A stretch of DNA of 64,000 nt from a virus (taxonomy: Duplodnaviria; Heunggongvirae; Uroviricota; Caudoviricetes): the IMG/VR virus record IMGVR_UViG_3300045996_002451, positions 1-64,000 of that record. One strand, written 5' to 3'. Positions 9,679-19,049 of this stretch are shown here, piece after piece. The position numbers were made by a program, and so were the translations under genes. The notes under the pieces were generated by a model. That model did no database searches, was not told where the DNA came from, and worked only from the letters and a program-made list of their open reading frames with translations. How positions within the stretch are numbered: position 1 is the stretch's first letter; each line of letters begins with the position of its first letter.

Positions 9679-10982
9679 TCCGGGCCTCGACTTTCTAGAA
9701 GTACTGGAAGTTGGAGGTGGTTTTCCAGGTTAGGGATCAACCGCTCACTGCCGAGCGTGCCGTAACGAGGCAGGGCCTCTTTCAACTTTTCGGTTTTCTT
9801 TTCCCGGCCCGCAAAGTCATCCGGACGGGTGCTGGGGATGTAGTGGATCGGGAACCCGTTGAAGTAACGGATGCATCCCTTGCGCTGTTCCAGCGCTTCC
9901 CACCGGTCCAGGTGGGTCAAGGCGAGACCGTCCAGCGGTCCGCCTACCTGCTGCTGCACGCGCACCGCGTACTCCCACGCCACAAAGTCCGGCCAGCCTA
10001 CCCGAAAGACTCCTTGAGTACTATCGTCGGCACTGAACGTCTCGGGCAACAGCTTTTTTAGTTCCGCGTCTTCGGTCACTAAAGGACCTGCGCCGTGCCG
10101 GGTCATGTACGCCCGCATGACTCCCAGGCGGTGCACGTTACCCGTGTAACTCCGAAGGAGTGTCTCGGCGTTCTTGGAAGTGGTGTGGGACCAGGTGGTG
10201 TGGGGATGGAAACCCCAGTCCTCGTCAAGCAGGACACCCTGCGCGCCCTCGAACACCACGTTGGTTTGTTCCAGGCGTTCCTGGAGCCAGAGATCGCTGA
10301 CGACTTGCTTGTACAGCACGTCTTTGAACAGGCTGCACCGACTCGTGGCTTTACGCAACCAGTCCGTATCCTTCAGGATGTTCCAGTAGGGACCGGCTTC
10401 AGGTAGGTGCGCGATCTGGTCGAAGGTGCCGTCCTCCAGCAACTCTTCGTACTTGTAAAGTTGCATCAACCAGAGTCGATCGGAAAGGTCTGAGTAAGAA
10501 AACTTAACCGCCTCTCCCACCGTCAAGGTGCATCCTGGTTTGTCTTTCAGGAGATCCTGCTGGGCTTCGCCAACGCCCATGCCGCAGGTACCGTGGGCTG
10601 CTGCGCCCCGGGCCAGCTCACGCAACATGTTGGCGGCTTGATGAAACGGGGTAATGACCGAACACTGGTGATCAATGTAAAGTCGGTCAATGGCATCCGC
10701 ATAGCCGATCTTTGTCAGATGGTTGTACTCGTTGTATAAGTTATAGGGGTTGACCAGCATGTGCCGGGAAAGGTAGGTCTCTACTCCCGGCACAAACGTC
10801 CCCGAACCAAACTGGGAGAAGACATGGTCGCGGTCTCCCTCGACTACTGCGTGGCCTGCTTGCGGTCCTCCGTTATAACGCACGACCAGTCCGGCTTTTT
10901 TGTCGCGGACCAGGAAGTCGGTAACGGTACCTTTGCCGCTATCCCCATAACCCAAGTCGACCACGATCCATGCTTCTCTCAT
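9618..10982 (-). CDS. adenylosuccinate synthetase-like protein (divergent PurA family)
   Basis: GYGDSGKG, RYNGGPQAGH, HGTCGMGVG, FEGAQGVLLD, YMTRHGAGP, LTHLD. Confidence 0.9.
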   Translation of the reverse strand: MREAWIVVDLGYGDSGKGTVTDFLVRDKKAGLVVRYNGGPQAGHAVVEGDRDHVFSQFGSGTFVPGVETYLSRHMLVNPYNLYNEYNHLTKIGYADAIDRLYIDHQCSVITPFHQAANMLRELARGAAAHGTCGMGVGEAQQDLLKDKPGCTLTVGEAVKFSYSDLSDRLWLMQLYKYEELLEDGTFDQIAHLPEAGPYWNILKDTDWLRKATSRCSLFKDVLYKQVVSDLWLQERLEQTNVVFEGAQGVLLDEDWGFHPHTTWSHTTSKNAETLLRSYTGNVHRLGVMRAYMTRHGAGPLVTEDAELKKLLPETFSADDSTQGVFRVGWPDFVAWEYAVRVQQQVGGPLDGLALTHLDRWEALEQRKGCIRYFNGFPIHYIPSTRPDDFAGREKKTEKLKEALPRYGTLGSERLIPNLENHLQLPVLLESRGPEWKHKTWRSSSMAETLSASV

Positions 10983-10994
10983 TGGTTGGTTCCT

Positions 10995-11948
10995 CTAGGC
11001 ACGCCCTCCCACCAGTTCGGTGTCGGGTTCGCTGAAGTCGTAGATGCGTACCGGTTGTACGCTGGACACGGTGTTGGCCAGACTGGCGGCTGCCGGACCG
11101 AGGTCCGCTTTTACCTCTTCCCAAGGCACACCCTCACACATCGAAATGGTGCTGGCGATCAACTCGCAGACCAAGTCCGCGTCATCCAGCAGCAAGAGCC
11201 GCTGGCCAAGCGCTTCCCGCCACGGATCCAGGATGTCCGGTCGGTTGCGGTAAGAGCCCTGCTGCACGTGAATGTGGTAGTACTCGAAGTTCTGCAAGGT
11301 GGCTTGCAGCAACTCGTCGAACGACAGGTCTGCCTGCGGGCTTTCCCCGAAGACCGCGTAGATCTTGCTGCGGGGAAGTTTGTCGTAGAAGCGCTCATCC
11401 CCCATCGTGAAGAGGTAGCCTTTCTTCTTGCGCTTCTCGACCGAGTCGAGCGCGACTTTGTAGCCGCCGAAGTAGAGCGCCAGCTCGTAGCTCTCGGTGC
11501 CTCCACCTCCGCCGCCGCCTTCCAAGATCGCGTTGCGGAGCTGTTCATCGCACCGGTTATCGGCTTCGAACTGTCCGACCTGGAATGGGAACCGGTCCGC
11601 GTAGGCATCGCCGACGGCACCGAAGAGGACGTGGGGGTCCTTGATGTTGCCGCGCCGGGTGAGTAGGCTCATCAGGTTGGGCAGCTTCTGCTGGAACGTC
11701 CGGGGCAACGTCCGCATCGAACCCGTCACGTCGAAGAAGACCGCGACCGGCAAGCTTTCCGGATGGTCCGAGGAGTCACGCGACTCTCGTACGCCCTTGA
11801 TCTTCTTTGGATCGAGCGTCTCATGAATGATTGCTGCGGTTTGTCCGCTCTGTACGGACTTGGAGTAGGCAAAGTCGTCTACTCCCTTAGCCACGCGCTC
11901 GGAGCGTGCCGAGCGATAGGTCGCTTCGTTCCATCTACCGTCACCCAT
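10995..11948 (-). CDS. vWA (MIDAS)-domain protein
   Basis: FDVTGSM MIDAS, QVGQFE, EGGGGGGGTESY, FTMGDE. Confidence 0.85.
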   Translation of the reverse strand: MGDGRWNEATYRSARSERVAKGVDDFAYSKSVQSGQTAAIIHETLDPKKIKGVRESRDSSDHPESLPVAVFFDVTGSMRTLPRTFQQKLPNLMSLLTRRGNIKDPHVLFGAVGDAYADRFPFQVGQFEADNRCDEQLRNAILEGGGGGGGTESYELALYFGGYKVALDSVEKRKKKGYLFTMGDERFYDKLPRSKIYAVFGESPQADLSFDELLQATLQNFEYYHIHVQQGSYRNRPDILDPWREALGQRLLLLDDADLVCELIASTISMCEGVPWEEVKADLGPAAASLANTVSSVQPVRIYDFSEPDTELVGGRA

Positions 11949-11980
11949 CGGAGTTGGTCCTTTCTGGCTGCCAAGCAGCC

Positions 11981-12385
11981 CTAACAGGGGTCGTGCGGAA
12001 TCGGAAGTCCCTCATTCTGTGGGGTCTTCTCCCGCTTAATTGTAAGCTTACCACGCAGGCTCTGCACACCTTTTTCCAGATCCCCTTGTAAACTGGTGGG
12101 ATGGTTCCTTGCTTGAATGATGTCCTTGCGCAGTTTCTCGTCGTGAAGCTCCAGCCGTTGAAAAACTTTTTTCAACAGCGTGTAGACCACGGAGAGTAGT
12201 AGTAAGGTCAGATGTCCTGGAAGTGTGATTGGCCAGAAAACCAACACCACGGATGTGTTGTTTATAAAATGGTTGTCTGCTTGATAGCAACCCCACCGGA
12301 CCATGCCACACCGCAACTGGTGCGTCAGGCGTATACCGATGGGGTAGAGCAGCGCGATCAGTAGGGCTATTAACCAGAAGTTCAT
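11981..12385 (-). CDS. membrane protein, paralog family M
   Basis: two TM segments; GIRLTHQLR...FWPITLP; ends PIPH. Confidence 0.7.
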   Translation of the reverse strand: MNFWLIALLIALLYPIGIRLTHQLRCGMVRWGCYQADNHFINNTSVVLVFWPITLPGHLTLLLLSVVYTLLKKVFQRLELHDEKLRKDIIQARNHPTSLQGDLEKGVQSLRGKLTIKREKTPQNEGLPIPHDPC

Positions 12386-12744
12386 GGCACCTCCTTTGTG
12401 TGGGGGATCGGACGTCCTTCTTTACGTATCGGCTTGAGCTTCTCGCGAATCTGGGGCAAGGCTACATGCAGAGGCACAGAGCGCTGACTGGCCTGCTCAA
12501 ACGCTTGGTGTGCGTCTTTGCCATTGCTGCGCTGCTTTAAGACAGCGTAAATGAAGATACCAAGGTCTACGGGAAGCGTGAACATCCAGAAGAACTGGCA
12601 GATCCAGTTGGTCTCTTTCATCGACCAATTGTACTCATAGACGGAGCACCAGACCAGGAACAAGCGTAGCTTGTAGCTCAACCACATACCGAATAGCTGA
12701 AGTAAGCAGATCCCCAGCGCGATCCATAACCAGGTTAAGTCCAT
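12382..12744 (-). CDS. membrane protein, paralog family M
   Basis: GMWLSYKLRLFLVW...FWMFTLP; PIPH. Confidence 0.7.
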   Translation of the reverse strand: MDLTWLWIALGICLLQLFGMWLSYKLRLFLVWCSVYEYNWSMKETNWICQFFWMFTLPVDLGIFIYAVLKQRSNGKDAHQAFEQASQRSVPLHVALPQIREKLKPIRKEGRPIPHTKEVP

Positions 12745-13205
12745 GGGATCTCAATCTCCTCGATGTGTTCCAGCACGGCCTCGATGTACGTGCCGCCTTT
12801 TGCCCGCTTTGAGCTGCGCCACCACTCTCGGCAGGCGGACAGGGTACCCGAGTAACACCCTCGGTGTGACCCGTCTGGATCGTGATACCAGGGCAACTTT
12901 TTCGGGAGCCGCTTAGGGACGTACTTGTACCGGATCTGGTACTTACCTGTAGGCAACCCCTTCCCGACGTAACGATCGCCGTCCGTAAGGGTTGCCAGGA
13001 GCGTGACCCGGAAGAGTCGAGGCGAAAAACTAGACAGCGTTTCATCCGCCGACAAGCGCGCGTAGTGGTCTCGACAGCCTTGAAGCGTGCTGCTCAAATA
13101 TATGGATCCCAGTTCACCACACCCACGCCATTTTTTGTTGACCGGGCTGTAGTGAAACTCGTAATGGTCACCCACCACCGGCAGCGGATGCTTGATGTGT
13201 TCCAT
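12735..13205 (-). CDS. hypothetical protein with internal repeat
   Basis: SSTLQGCRDHY / SGTLSACREWW repeat. Confidence 0.65.
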   Translation of the reverse strand: MEHIKHPLPVVGDHYEFHYSPVNKKWRGCGELGSIYLSSTLQGCRDHYARLSADETLSSFSPRLFRVTLLATLTDGDRYVGKGLPTGKYQIRYKYVPKRLPKKLPWYHDPDGSHRGCYSGTLSACREWWRSSKRAKGGTYIEAVLEHIEEIEIPWT

Positions 13206-13622
13206 CTACTCTTTCTCTTTTGGTTGGTGAACGACCGGGTAACCGACCTTCTTCGCGGCCTTTTCCTGGGCGTTCCGCACCAGGGTAGGAAAGACTTCTT
13301 TGAGCTTTACCTGCTGGAAGTGAGCACGTTCATACTGCGCAGCCATCTCTTTTTCAGTAGACAGCATGGTTGGTAGCTTGAACTTTTTGAGTGCGCAGTA
13401 CATCCCTACGCAGAGGGCTTCGCAGAAGAAATAGATCGGAGCGAGTAGATAGCCCAACCAGGTAATCGGCCAAAACCAGATGGACAGTACGTGGCTTTCT
13501 TGAAAGTAGCGGTCGTATTTGAAGAAGCCGATCCAGACCAGGAAGAGGCGCAGCCAGTGGGTAAGCTGCGCCCCGGCAACATAAAGGGTTATCACAAGCA
13601 GTATCCATAACCACCAAGTCAT
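13206..13622 (-). CDS. membrane protein, paralog family M
   Basis: start MTWWLW; GAQLTHWLRLFLVW...FWPITW. Confidence 0.7.
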   Translation of the reverse strand: MTWWLWILLVITLYVAGAQLTHWLRLFLVWIGFFKYDRYFQESHVLSIWFWPITWLGYLLAPIYFFCEALCVGMYCALKKFKLPTMLSTEKEMAAQYERAHFQQVKLKEVFPTLVRNAQEKAAKKVGYPVVHQPKEKE

Positions 13623-13990
13623 ACGGTTAGTACCTCCGCTACGACCTCTGAAAGCACGATCCGGTGCACCAAGACCAGATTGGACTGTTTGGCCAGGTAG
13701 TGCTGGAACCGATCGTACCAACGGTACTCCTCGGCCTGGTACTCGTGGATGTACCAGCCCAGTTCCTGGAGCTTCCGGATGTCGTCCTGGGTAAACCACT
13801 GAAACAGTTGGTCCAATGTCTCCACCACAGAGACGTAGCCCGAAACCTCTGGGTCGAAGTCCATCTCCAGCTTGGTGTTCGCGCAGAACGAGAACTCGTC
13901 GTGGATCAGGCCGGTGAAGTTACCCGTGTAATCATACCAGAGGCCCTGCAACGTCTCAATGTGGTTGACGCGATAAAATGTCTTGGTCAT
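13619..13990 (-). CDS. hypothetical phage protein
   Basis: AGGAG RBS; FYRV...QGLWYD. Confidence 0.7.
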   Translation of the reverse strand: MTKTFYRVNHIETLQGLWYDYTGNFTGLIHDEFSFCANTKLEMDFDPEVSGYVSVVETLDQLFQWFTQDDIRKLQELGWYIHEYQAEEYRWYDRFQHYLAKQSNLVLVHRIVLSEVVAEVLTV

Positions 13991-14005
13991 CGTGATTCTC
14001 CTTGA

Positions 14006-14080
14006 GGGCTCCTACGGGAATCGAACCCGTATCTTCCGCTTGATTAGGGCTGGATGTACTGGCCGTTGTACTAAAGAGCC
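14006..14080 (-). tRNA. tRNA-like gene with non-canonical anticodon arm (undetermined)
   Basis: GGCTCTT/AGGAGCC acceptor, GTAC D-stem, ACGGG-TTCGATT-CCCGT T-arm; anticodon arm TCC(A)GC-CCTAATCAA-GCGGA (bulge plus 9-nt loop). Confidence 0.75.
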
Positions 14081-14093
14081 GGGCAGCGGGTTT

Positions 14094-14612
14094 TTACCTG
14101 CCCCACCGTTTCCAAAAAGATATACCTTCTCGTTTTTGCTTCAGCTCTTCCTGCAGTTCGTTCTCAGCCTCAGCTTTCAAACGCGCCTCGTGTTGCTCCT
14201 GGAGTTGCGAAGTTCTTTGTGCACGACGTTCGTTACACAGCGCGGCTGCTTGTTCGTAGGTGCGCTCGTACCATTCGCTTCCCCAGGTTTCCGAGACGCT
14301 CATGATGTCGTGCCGCTGCTCCAAGGGCTTGAAGATACAGGCGCTGTAGGGACCAATACGGTACTCGATCCCGTCTAGGGTGGCTTTCGCGTACCACCGG
14401 TTCAACCGAAAGAGTCCGGTGGACGGAGACCATTCTACCCCTGTGAACGGAACGTAGATCTGCCGGTGGTCAAGATCAAAAAGCAGTCCGGTAGCCTGGG
14501 GGGTCACCGATTCGTACGGAACCAGGAAGTCTTGCTGTTCCGCCACGGTATAGCGAGACGGTGTGCTTCTGCGTTGAGGGTTGAGCACGCGCTCAGCTCG
14601 TAATCGGCTCAT
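14094..14612 (-). CDS. hypothetical protein
   Basis: 172-aa ORF with GAGG RBS. Confidence 0.65.
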   Translation of the reverse strand: MSRLRAERVLNPQRRSTPSRYTVAEQQDFLVPYESVTPQATGLLFDLDHRQIYVPFTGVEWSPSTGLFRLNRWYAKATLDGIEYRIGPYSACIFKPLEQRHDIMSVSETWGSEWYERTYEQAAALCNERRAQRTSQLQEQHEARLKAEAENELQEELKQKREGISFWKRWGR

Positions 14613-14671
14613 AGTGTACCTCGTGAAAGTAGGGCCCGAGATGCATCCCCGGGCCCCACTAACATGCAGCG

Positions 14672-14941
14672 CTAGCAGCGCATGATCCCTATTTCGTTGT
14701 CCCGATTATCGGGCGAGAGCCTGTGCGGCTTGGGAGGAGTAGGATGCTGGACCGCTGCGACGCCGTCGTGTACCTCCTGAAGCTTCTGTGGATCTCCAGG
14801 AATGGACGGGTCGATGTCGTGGACAAAGACCAGGTTCAGGTGGTTCTGCACGACCTTTACCTGCTCCGGACTGAGGCCGTTCGTAGCGGCACCCAACTCC
14901 AAGGCTCCTTGGAGCCAGTAACAAAAGTCTCTGCTCAGCAT
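14672..14941 (-). CDS. hypothetical phage protein
   Basis: MLSRDFCYWLQGALEL; AGGAG RBS. Confidence 0.7.
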   Translation of the reverse strand: MLSRDFCYWLQGALELGAATNGLSPEQVKVVQNHLNLVFVHDIDPSIPGDPQKLQEVHDGVAAVQHPTPPKPHRLSPDNRDNEIGIMRC

Positions 14942-14983
14942 AACGCTCCTAAAGAGTGCCCCAGTCTCCCGGGGCACCGTTGC

Positions 14984-15277
14984 TTATGATTCGATCCAGA
15001 CCTCTTGCAGATAACGCCATTTGGGATCCAGCATCAGCTCTGCGGCCTCTTGGAAGAGGGTCACCCGCAGGATGCTGTGGTTCTTACTGGACATCAGTGC
15101 ATAGAGACCGCTGCGACTCACTTCTCCCGGTTGAAGCCGTTTGCCTAGCCGCAGTTTTAAGCGCTGGATCTCGAAGGGCTCAGCCGCTTTCTCACAGATG
15201 TACTCGGCGAGTGATCGGCTGAAAGTAAGGCGATGGAGGCGCTCGTTCTGGACAACTGCCCAGACTTTGTTAGGCGC
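14984..15277 (-). CDS. 97-codon ORF lacking a canonical start (not in ORF track)
   Basis: GGAGG-7nt-GCG CCT AAC AAA open to TAA; internal repeat VWAVVQNERLHRLTF / LYALMSSKNHSILRVTL. Confidence 0.5.
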   Translation of the reverse strand, partial: APNKVWAVVQNERLHRLTFSRSLAEYICEKAAEPFEIQRLKLRLGKRLQPGEVSRSGLYALMSSKNHSILRVTLFQEAAELMLDPKWRYLQEVWIES

Positions 15278-15532
15278 TCACGTCCCTCCAGGAAGGAGGG
15301 AGCAGGTGTTAATCCTTCAAAATGATCTCCTTGGGCCTGACTACCCTACACCCGATTGCGTAGGACTTCCACGGTTGTCCTAGCTAGGACAACATCTCGG
15401 AGAGGAAGAGGGTGAGAATCGTAAAAAGGGCCGCGCTGGAAACGTTCCTGCCTTGGTTGCTCACCATATCCACCATCATGGCCAGTGCACCCAGAGCAAT
15501 GATGCTTACGCGGCGGTTGTTGTCGTTCATCC

Positions 15533-15760
15533 TTACTTCTCCAGGAGTGCGCAGAGGTAGACGTACTCATACCCAGTATTTTGACTGGGGCGTAGTTGCA
15601 GCGTCTCCGGGAGCACCCGCCAGCCCTCAGCAAGGAGTACCGCGATCTCTTTTTCTGCCTTCTGGTAGATATCGACCACCAGTTTCTGCTTCTTGTGTAC
15701 GATGGGGTAGGAGCTGATTTCGCCTCCCACGTAAGGAAGCTGGGAACTCTCAGCACTCAT
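15533..15760 (-). CDS. hypothetical protein
   Basis: GGAG RBS, 75 aa. Confidence 0.55.
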   Translation of the reverse strand: MSAESSQLPYVGGEISSYPIVHKKQKLVVDIYQKAEKEIAVLLAEGWRVLPETLQLRPSQNTGYEYVYLCALLEK

Positions 15761-15807
15761 GGTCGGTTCTCCGGAGATGGGAGGGGATCTTCCCCTCCCA
15801 TCAGTTA

Positions 15808-17232
15808 CTACGCTGCCGTGATGCGTTGGCGAACGGTATCCAGGTCCTCATCTACCAGGAGTTTTCCGTTTTCGAACACCGTGCGCATGACGTCTACTCC
15901 TGCTTGGTGTTCCTGGACGGTCATGAGACGCTCTCCGGAACCGTCTAGGCGGAGCTGCTTGGTCAGTTTCAGGCGCCCGCGCTTGCTGCGCTTACCTGCC
16001 GCGTCGACCGGACTCTTGAAGACGTCGTACCAGCCGTCTTGCTCGGTGCAGGCAGCACTGTTCTTGATCGCCATCTGCAGGTCGTCGCGGTTCAGTTTTT
16101 GCAGGAGTCCGCCACCAGAGCCGAAGGCCAGGTTGTCCGCGCTGTAGCCTTCTTCCTTCTGCACGCGCAGGATCGGTTCCAGGGTGTCGTGATCGATGCC
16201 GTCGCCTTGGATGACCTGGACGCTGGGATGGAGGACCTTGTAGCCCTTCTTGTTCAAGCTGCTGCCGAACTTCAGGTCCAGGATCTGCACCACCTTGCGG
16301 ACCATTTCATGGGGCACCCCGCTGTCCGGTCGGACCACCAGTACGCCGTCTCGCTCGGTGACCAGGCTCTTCAGCTCACCGCCCCACATCTCTCGACAGG
16401 CGTTGTAGATGTTGTAGCTGTCCGAGACGCAGGCAATGGTACCGGTCGGGAACTGCGTGAGGAGGTTGCGGTAGGCTTCGACTTCCCGGCTCTGGCCCCA
16501 GCTTGTGATGGTGCTGTGCTCGGTGGCGGGAATCGAGTAACCGGCCATCTCACAGCCATAGTACTTGCGGGCGTACATGATCGCTTCCATGGTATCCGTG
16601 CCCTGGAAGTTGACCAGGTGGGCCATCCCTCCGATGCCTGCGGTTTCGACGGAGCTAACGCCGCGGAAACCGAAGTCATGCAGCTTGAACGGGATCAGGG
16701 AGGGATCGCCGGTCTCCTCCAGGTAGCGCAGGATGATGCCGCGCATCCTGTTGCTCTGGGTGGCGACTGTGATCGGATACCAAAGCTGGCAGAGGAGTGT
16801 CTCGCAGAAGTTCGTGAGCCAGGGGACCGCGGGGTCCGTGTTCACGATCGTCATGAGCGCGTTGCCGGTCGGTACATCGGTACCTTCTGGAACGGCCCGG
16901 ATCTGGAGCGGGAGATAGCCGCCGTGCACGTTCAGGATGTGCTCCCAACCCGCACGATTGAAGTTGCCGGGTCCCAGGTGAGCTTCGATTACCTCCTGGG
17001 CCTGGTCGATGTACCGGGTGTGCTCGACCGCACAGTCCCAGTTTTTCCCGGACACGACCGGTCCGGTGAAGTACCGTTTCAACAGGTACTGGAGTCCGAA
17101 GAAGATCGAGCTGTCCCACTTTCCGCCGCGGCTCTCCAGGTAGCTGTAGATGTACCGGGTGTTGGGCGGGTACTGCTTGTGGTGCGTGTACTTGTAGCTG
17201 TCAGACCTCAAGATGAAGTTGTTGTCGATCAT
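15808..17232 (-). CDS. nadV: nicotinamide phosphoribosyltransferase (NAMPT)
   Basis: SDSYKYTH, LHDFGFRG, NFQGTDT, IPATEHS, VSDSY, VRPDSG, IQGDG, FGSGGGLLQ. Confidence 0.96.
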   Translation of the reverse strand: MIDNNFILRSDSYKYTHHKQYPPNTRYIYSYLESRGGKWDSSIFFGLQYLLKRYFTGPVVSGKNWDCAVEHTRYIDQAQEVIEAHLGPGNFNRAGWEHILNVHGGYLPLQIRAVPEGTDVPTGNALMTIVNTDPAVPWLTNFCETLLCQLWYPITVATQSNRMRGIILRYLEETGDPSLIPFKLHDFGFRGVSSVETAGIGGMAHLVNFQGTDTMEAIMYARKYYGCEMAGYSIPATEHSTITSWGQSREVEAYRNLLTQFPTGTIACVSDSYNIYNACREMWGGELKSLVTERDGVLVVRPDSGVPHEMVRKVVQILDLKFGSSLNKKGYKVLHPSVQVIQGDGIDHDTLEPILRVQKEEGYSADNLAFGSGGGLLQKLNRDDLQMAIKNSAACTEQDGWYDVFKSPVDAAGKRSKRGRLKLTKQLRLDGSGERLMTVQEHQAGVDVMRTVFENGKLLVDEDLDTVRQRITAA

Positions 17233-17701
17233 AGTTTGTGTGAACCTGGGCGCAACTCATGCATGATCTGCATGAGTGTGCTGAAGAGATAGAAAAACAG
17301 CATCAAGTGAGAGGCCAGCTCCCAATTGAGAAGCAGCAGTCTCCTGGTGAAGACGTAAAGAATGCCTAGTGCCAGGAGATGGAACAGCGCGTTGGTGAAC
17401 GCGATATAGAGCGCATGCAAGCCGGACATAGGTAGGGCCTCGCTAGTTTTCGTCGGGCAGAAGCTGCACCTGGACCAGCCGTAAGGCACGTAGCTTGCCG
17501 ATCGACTCAGAAGAGTTGCCAAGCTTGTCCTGCATCGCGCGGGTGCTGATACCGAGGACCTCGGGATGATCCTTGCGCGCTATACGCAGTCGCAGTAGCT
17601 CGATCTCGCCGATCAGTTCAGTCAAAGACCGCAGCAGCGTAGCTTCGGTATTGGCGTACTCAGTATCAATTACTTCCAACGCAGTGTCGATAGTCATGGG
17701 G

Positions 17702-18352
17702 TTACTCCGCACCGCAGGTGTGCCAGGCAAAACAACCGCACGGCTCTTTAGGTAAGCTCTCCCGGATCTGGGTCGAGGAGAGGTTTTCCAGCTCAGGCGA
17801 TAGGCGCTTGCCGGGTTTGAAGTTACTCGGCAAGTCCGAAAAGTCCGCCAGACTTTGCCCGTTACGCGTGTACACGTAGAAGGTAGCCCGGATCCCCTGC
17901 ACCCCCAGTTTGGTCTCTGCCGCCCACAACCGCCGCGCGGTGTCGTAGCCGATGTGGAAGTAGAGGTTGTTGCAGGTGCTGAAGAGTCCGGCTTTCTGCG
18001 CCATCCGCGGGGACAAGGTGACCAGTACCGGGACGTAGTTCCAGAACTGTTGCACGCGACCTGCAAGATCCGGCAGGGTCAGGTCCGGCTTGTTCCAGTT
18101 GCGAACCGAGATCTCGAACGTGGTTTGCTTGAACCGGACGGACTGGTTGAATGGAGAAGTGGGCACGGCTTCGTACAGCTCGCGGTGCCGAGCGTGCAGC
18201 GGGTTGAAGCTGCCGGGAATCAGGTGCAGCTCGTTGAGCATGAGCGGCATCCAGGGCAGGGTAACTGTCCCGTCCGGCCAACACCAAAACATTTCCAACT
18301 TTCCGGAGACTAGTTGGTGGTAATACTCCGTCAGCTTTTCTGAGATGGCCAT
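17702..18352 (-). CDS. cytidylyltransferase-superfamily (NMNAT-like) protein
   Basis: PGSFNPLHARH (HxGH-like), IGYDTARRL, LSSTQIR. Confidence 0.8.
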   Translation of the reverse strand: MAISEKLTEYYHQLVSGKLEMFWCWPDGTVTLPWMPLMLNELHLIPGSFNPLHARHRELYEAVPTSPFNQSVRFKQTTFEISVRNWNKPDLTLPDLAGRVQQFWNYVPVLVTLSPRMAQKAGLFSTCNNLYFHIGYDTARRLWAAETKLGVQGIRATFYVYTRNGQSLADFSDLPSNFKPGKRLSPELENLSSTQIRESLPKEPCGCFAWHTCGAE

Positions 18353-18912
18353 AGCGTCATTTCTCCTTCCGGGTTAAAGGCCTCAAGCGTTCCCTCGTTT
18401 ACGACGTGCTCGATCAGGCATAGTACCTTGTCGGTCAGTTCCCAATCTTCGAGAAGACGACGCTCTGTCTTTTCGCTTTCGGTCAGCGCAGCATGTTCTT
18501 CTTCGGAGAACTTACTGAACCGGATGTGAAAGTTTCTCCGGGCCTGACCGTCGACCGAGAGTACCACGTACGCGTGGTTCTCACCGCGACGATAGCGCTG
18601 CGCGGTTAAGGCCGCGCTGACTACCACGCGTACCAGCGGTTCCGAACGGGCGAGTGTCTGTTGCTCTAACCCAGACAACATTTCCGACACTTTTTCCGGA
18701 GACACCGCACCTAGAGAGGCGACTGGGAAAAGGCAGCACGCATCCGAGGCCTCAGTGGCATACGGAACATGGATGCTATCCAGGATCCGGCTGACTCCGG
18801 GCACTGTCGCCAGCATGCTCAGGGTGGCTGCACCCCCGGTGGCTAGGATCGCCAACTTCGGTCCCTGGTATCTGCGAACAAACACGCGCAAGCGTTCTTG
18901 ATAAGGTTCCAT
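18331..18912 (-). CDS. CinA/PncC-like protein
   Basis: ATGG...VPGVSRIL...PYA...AVSPE...RRGENHAYV pattern of CinA C-terminal-like fold. Confidence 0.65.
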   Translation of the reverse strand: MEPYQERLRVFVRRYQGPKLAILATGGAATLSMLATVPGVSRILDSIHVPYATEASDACCLFPVASLGAVSPEKVSEMLSGLEQQTLARSEPLVRVVVSAALTAQRYRRGENHAYVVLSVDGQARRNFHIRFSKFSEEEHAALTESEKTERRLLEDWELTDKVLCLIEHVVNEGTLEAFNPEGEMTLWPSQKS

Positions 18913-19049
18913 GAGCCCTCGTTTTCCAGAGCCGCTTTGGGCTCAATGTGATGCGAAGCTGGGCAAAGAGGGCGGACCAGTACCCGGAGGTGCTGGCCTG
19001 TCCCAGTGCCGTCAGCCCCGCTTGTTGACAATGGGGACAGGTCAGGATC

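Noticed and set aside
9618-10982. PurZ / Z-base (2-aminoadenine) genome pathway
   Set aside because: Retains the PurA Asp (GDSGKG) rather than the PurZ Ser (GSTGKG); no DatZ/MazZ recognised nearby.
14006-14080. Amber suppressor tRNA / recoded TAG
   Set aside because: CTA is not in a canonical anticodon position, and conserved genes (nrdB, NAMPT, rsr, ssb) end cleanly at TAG.
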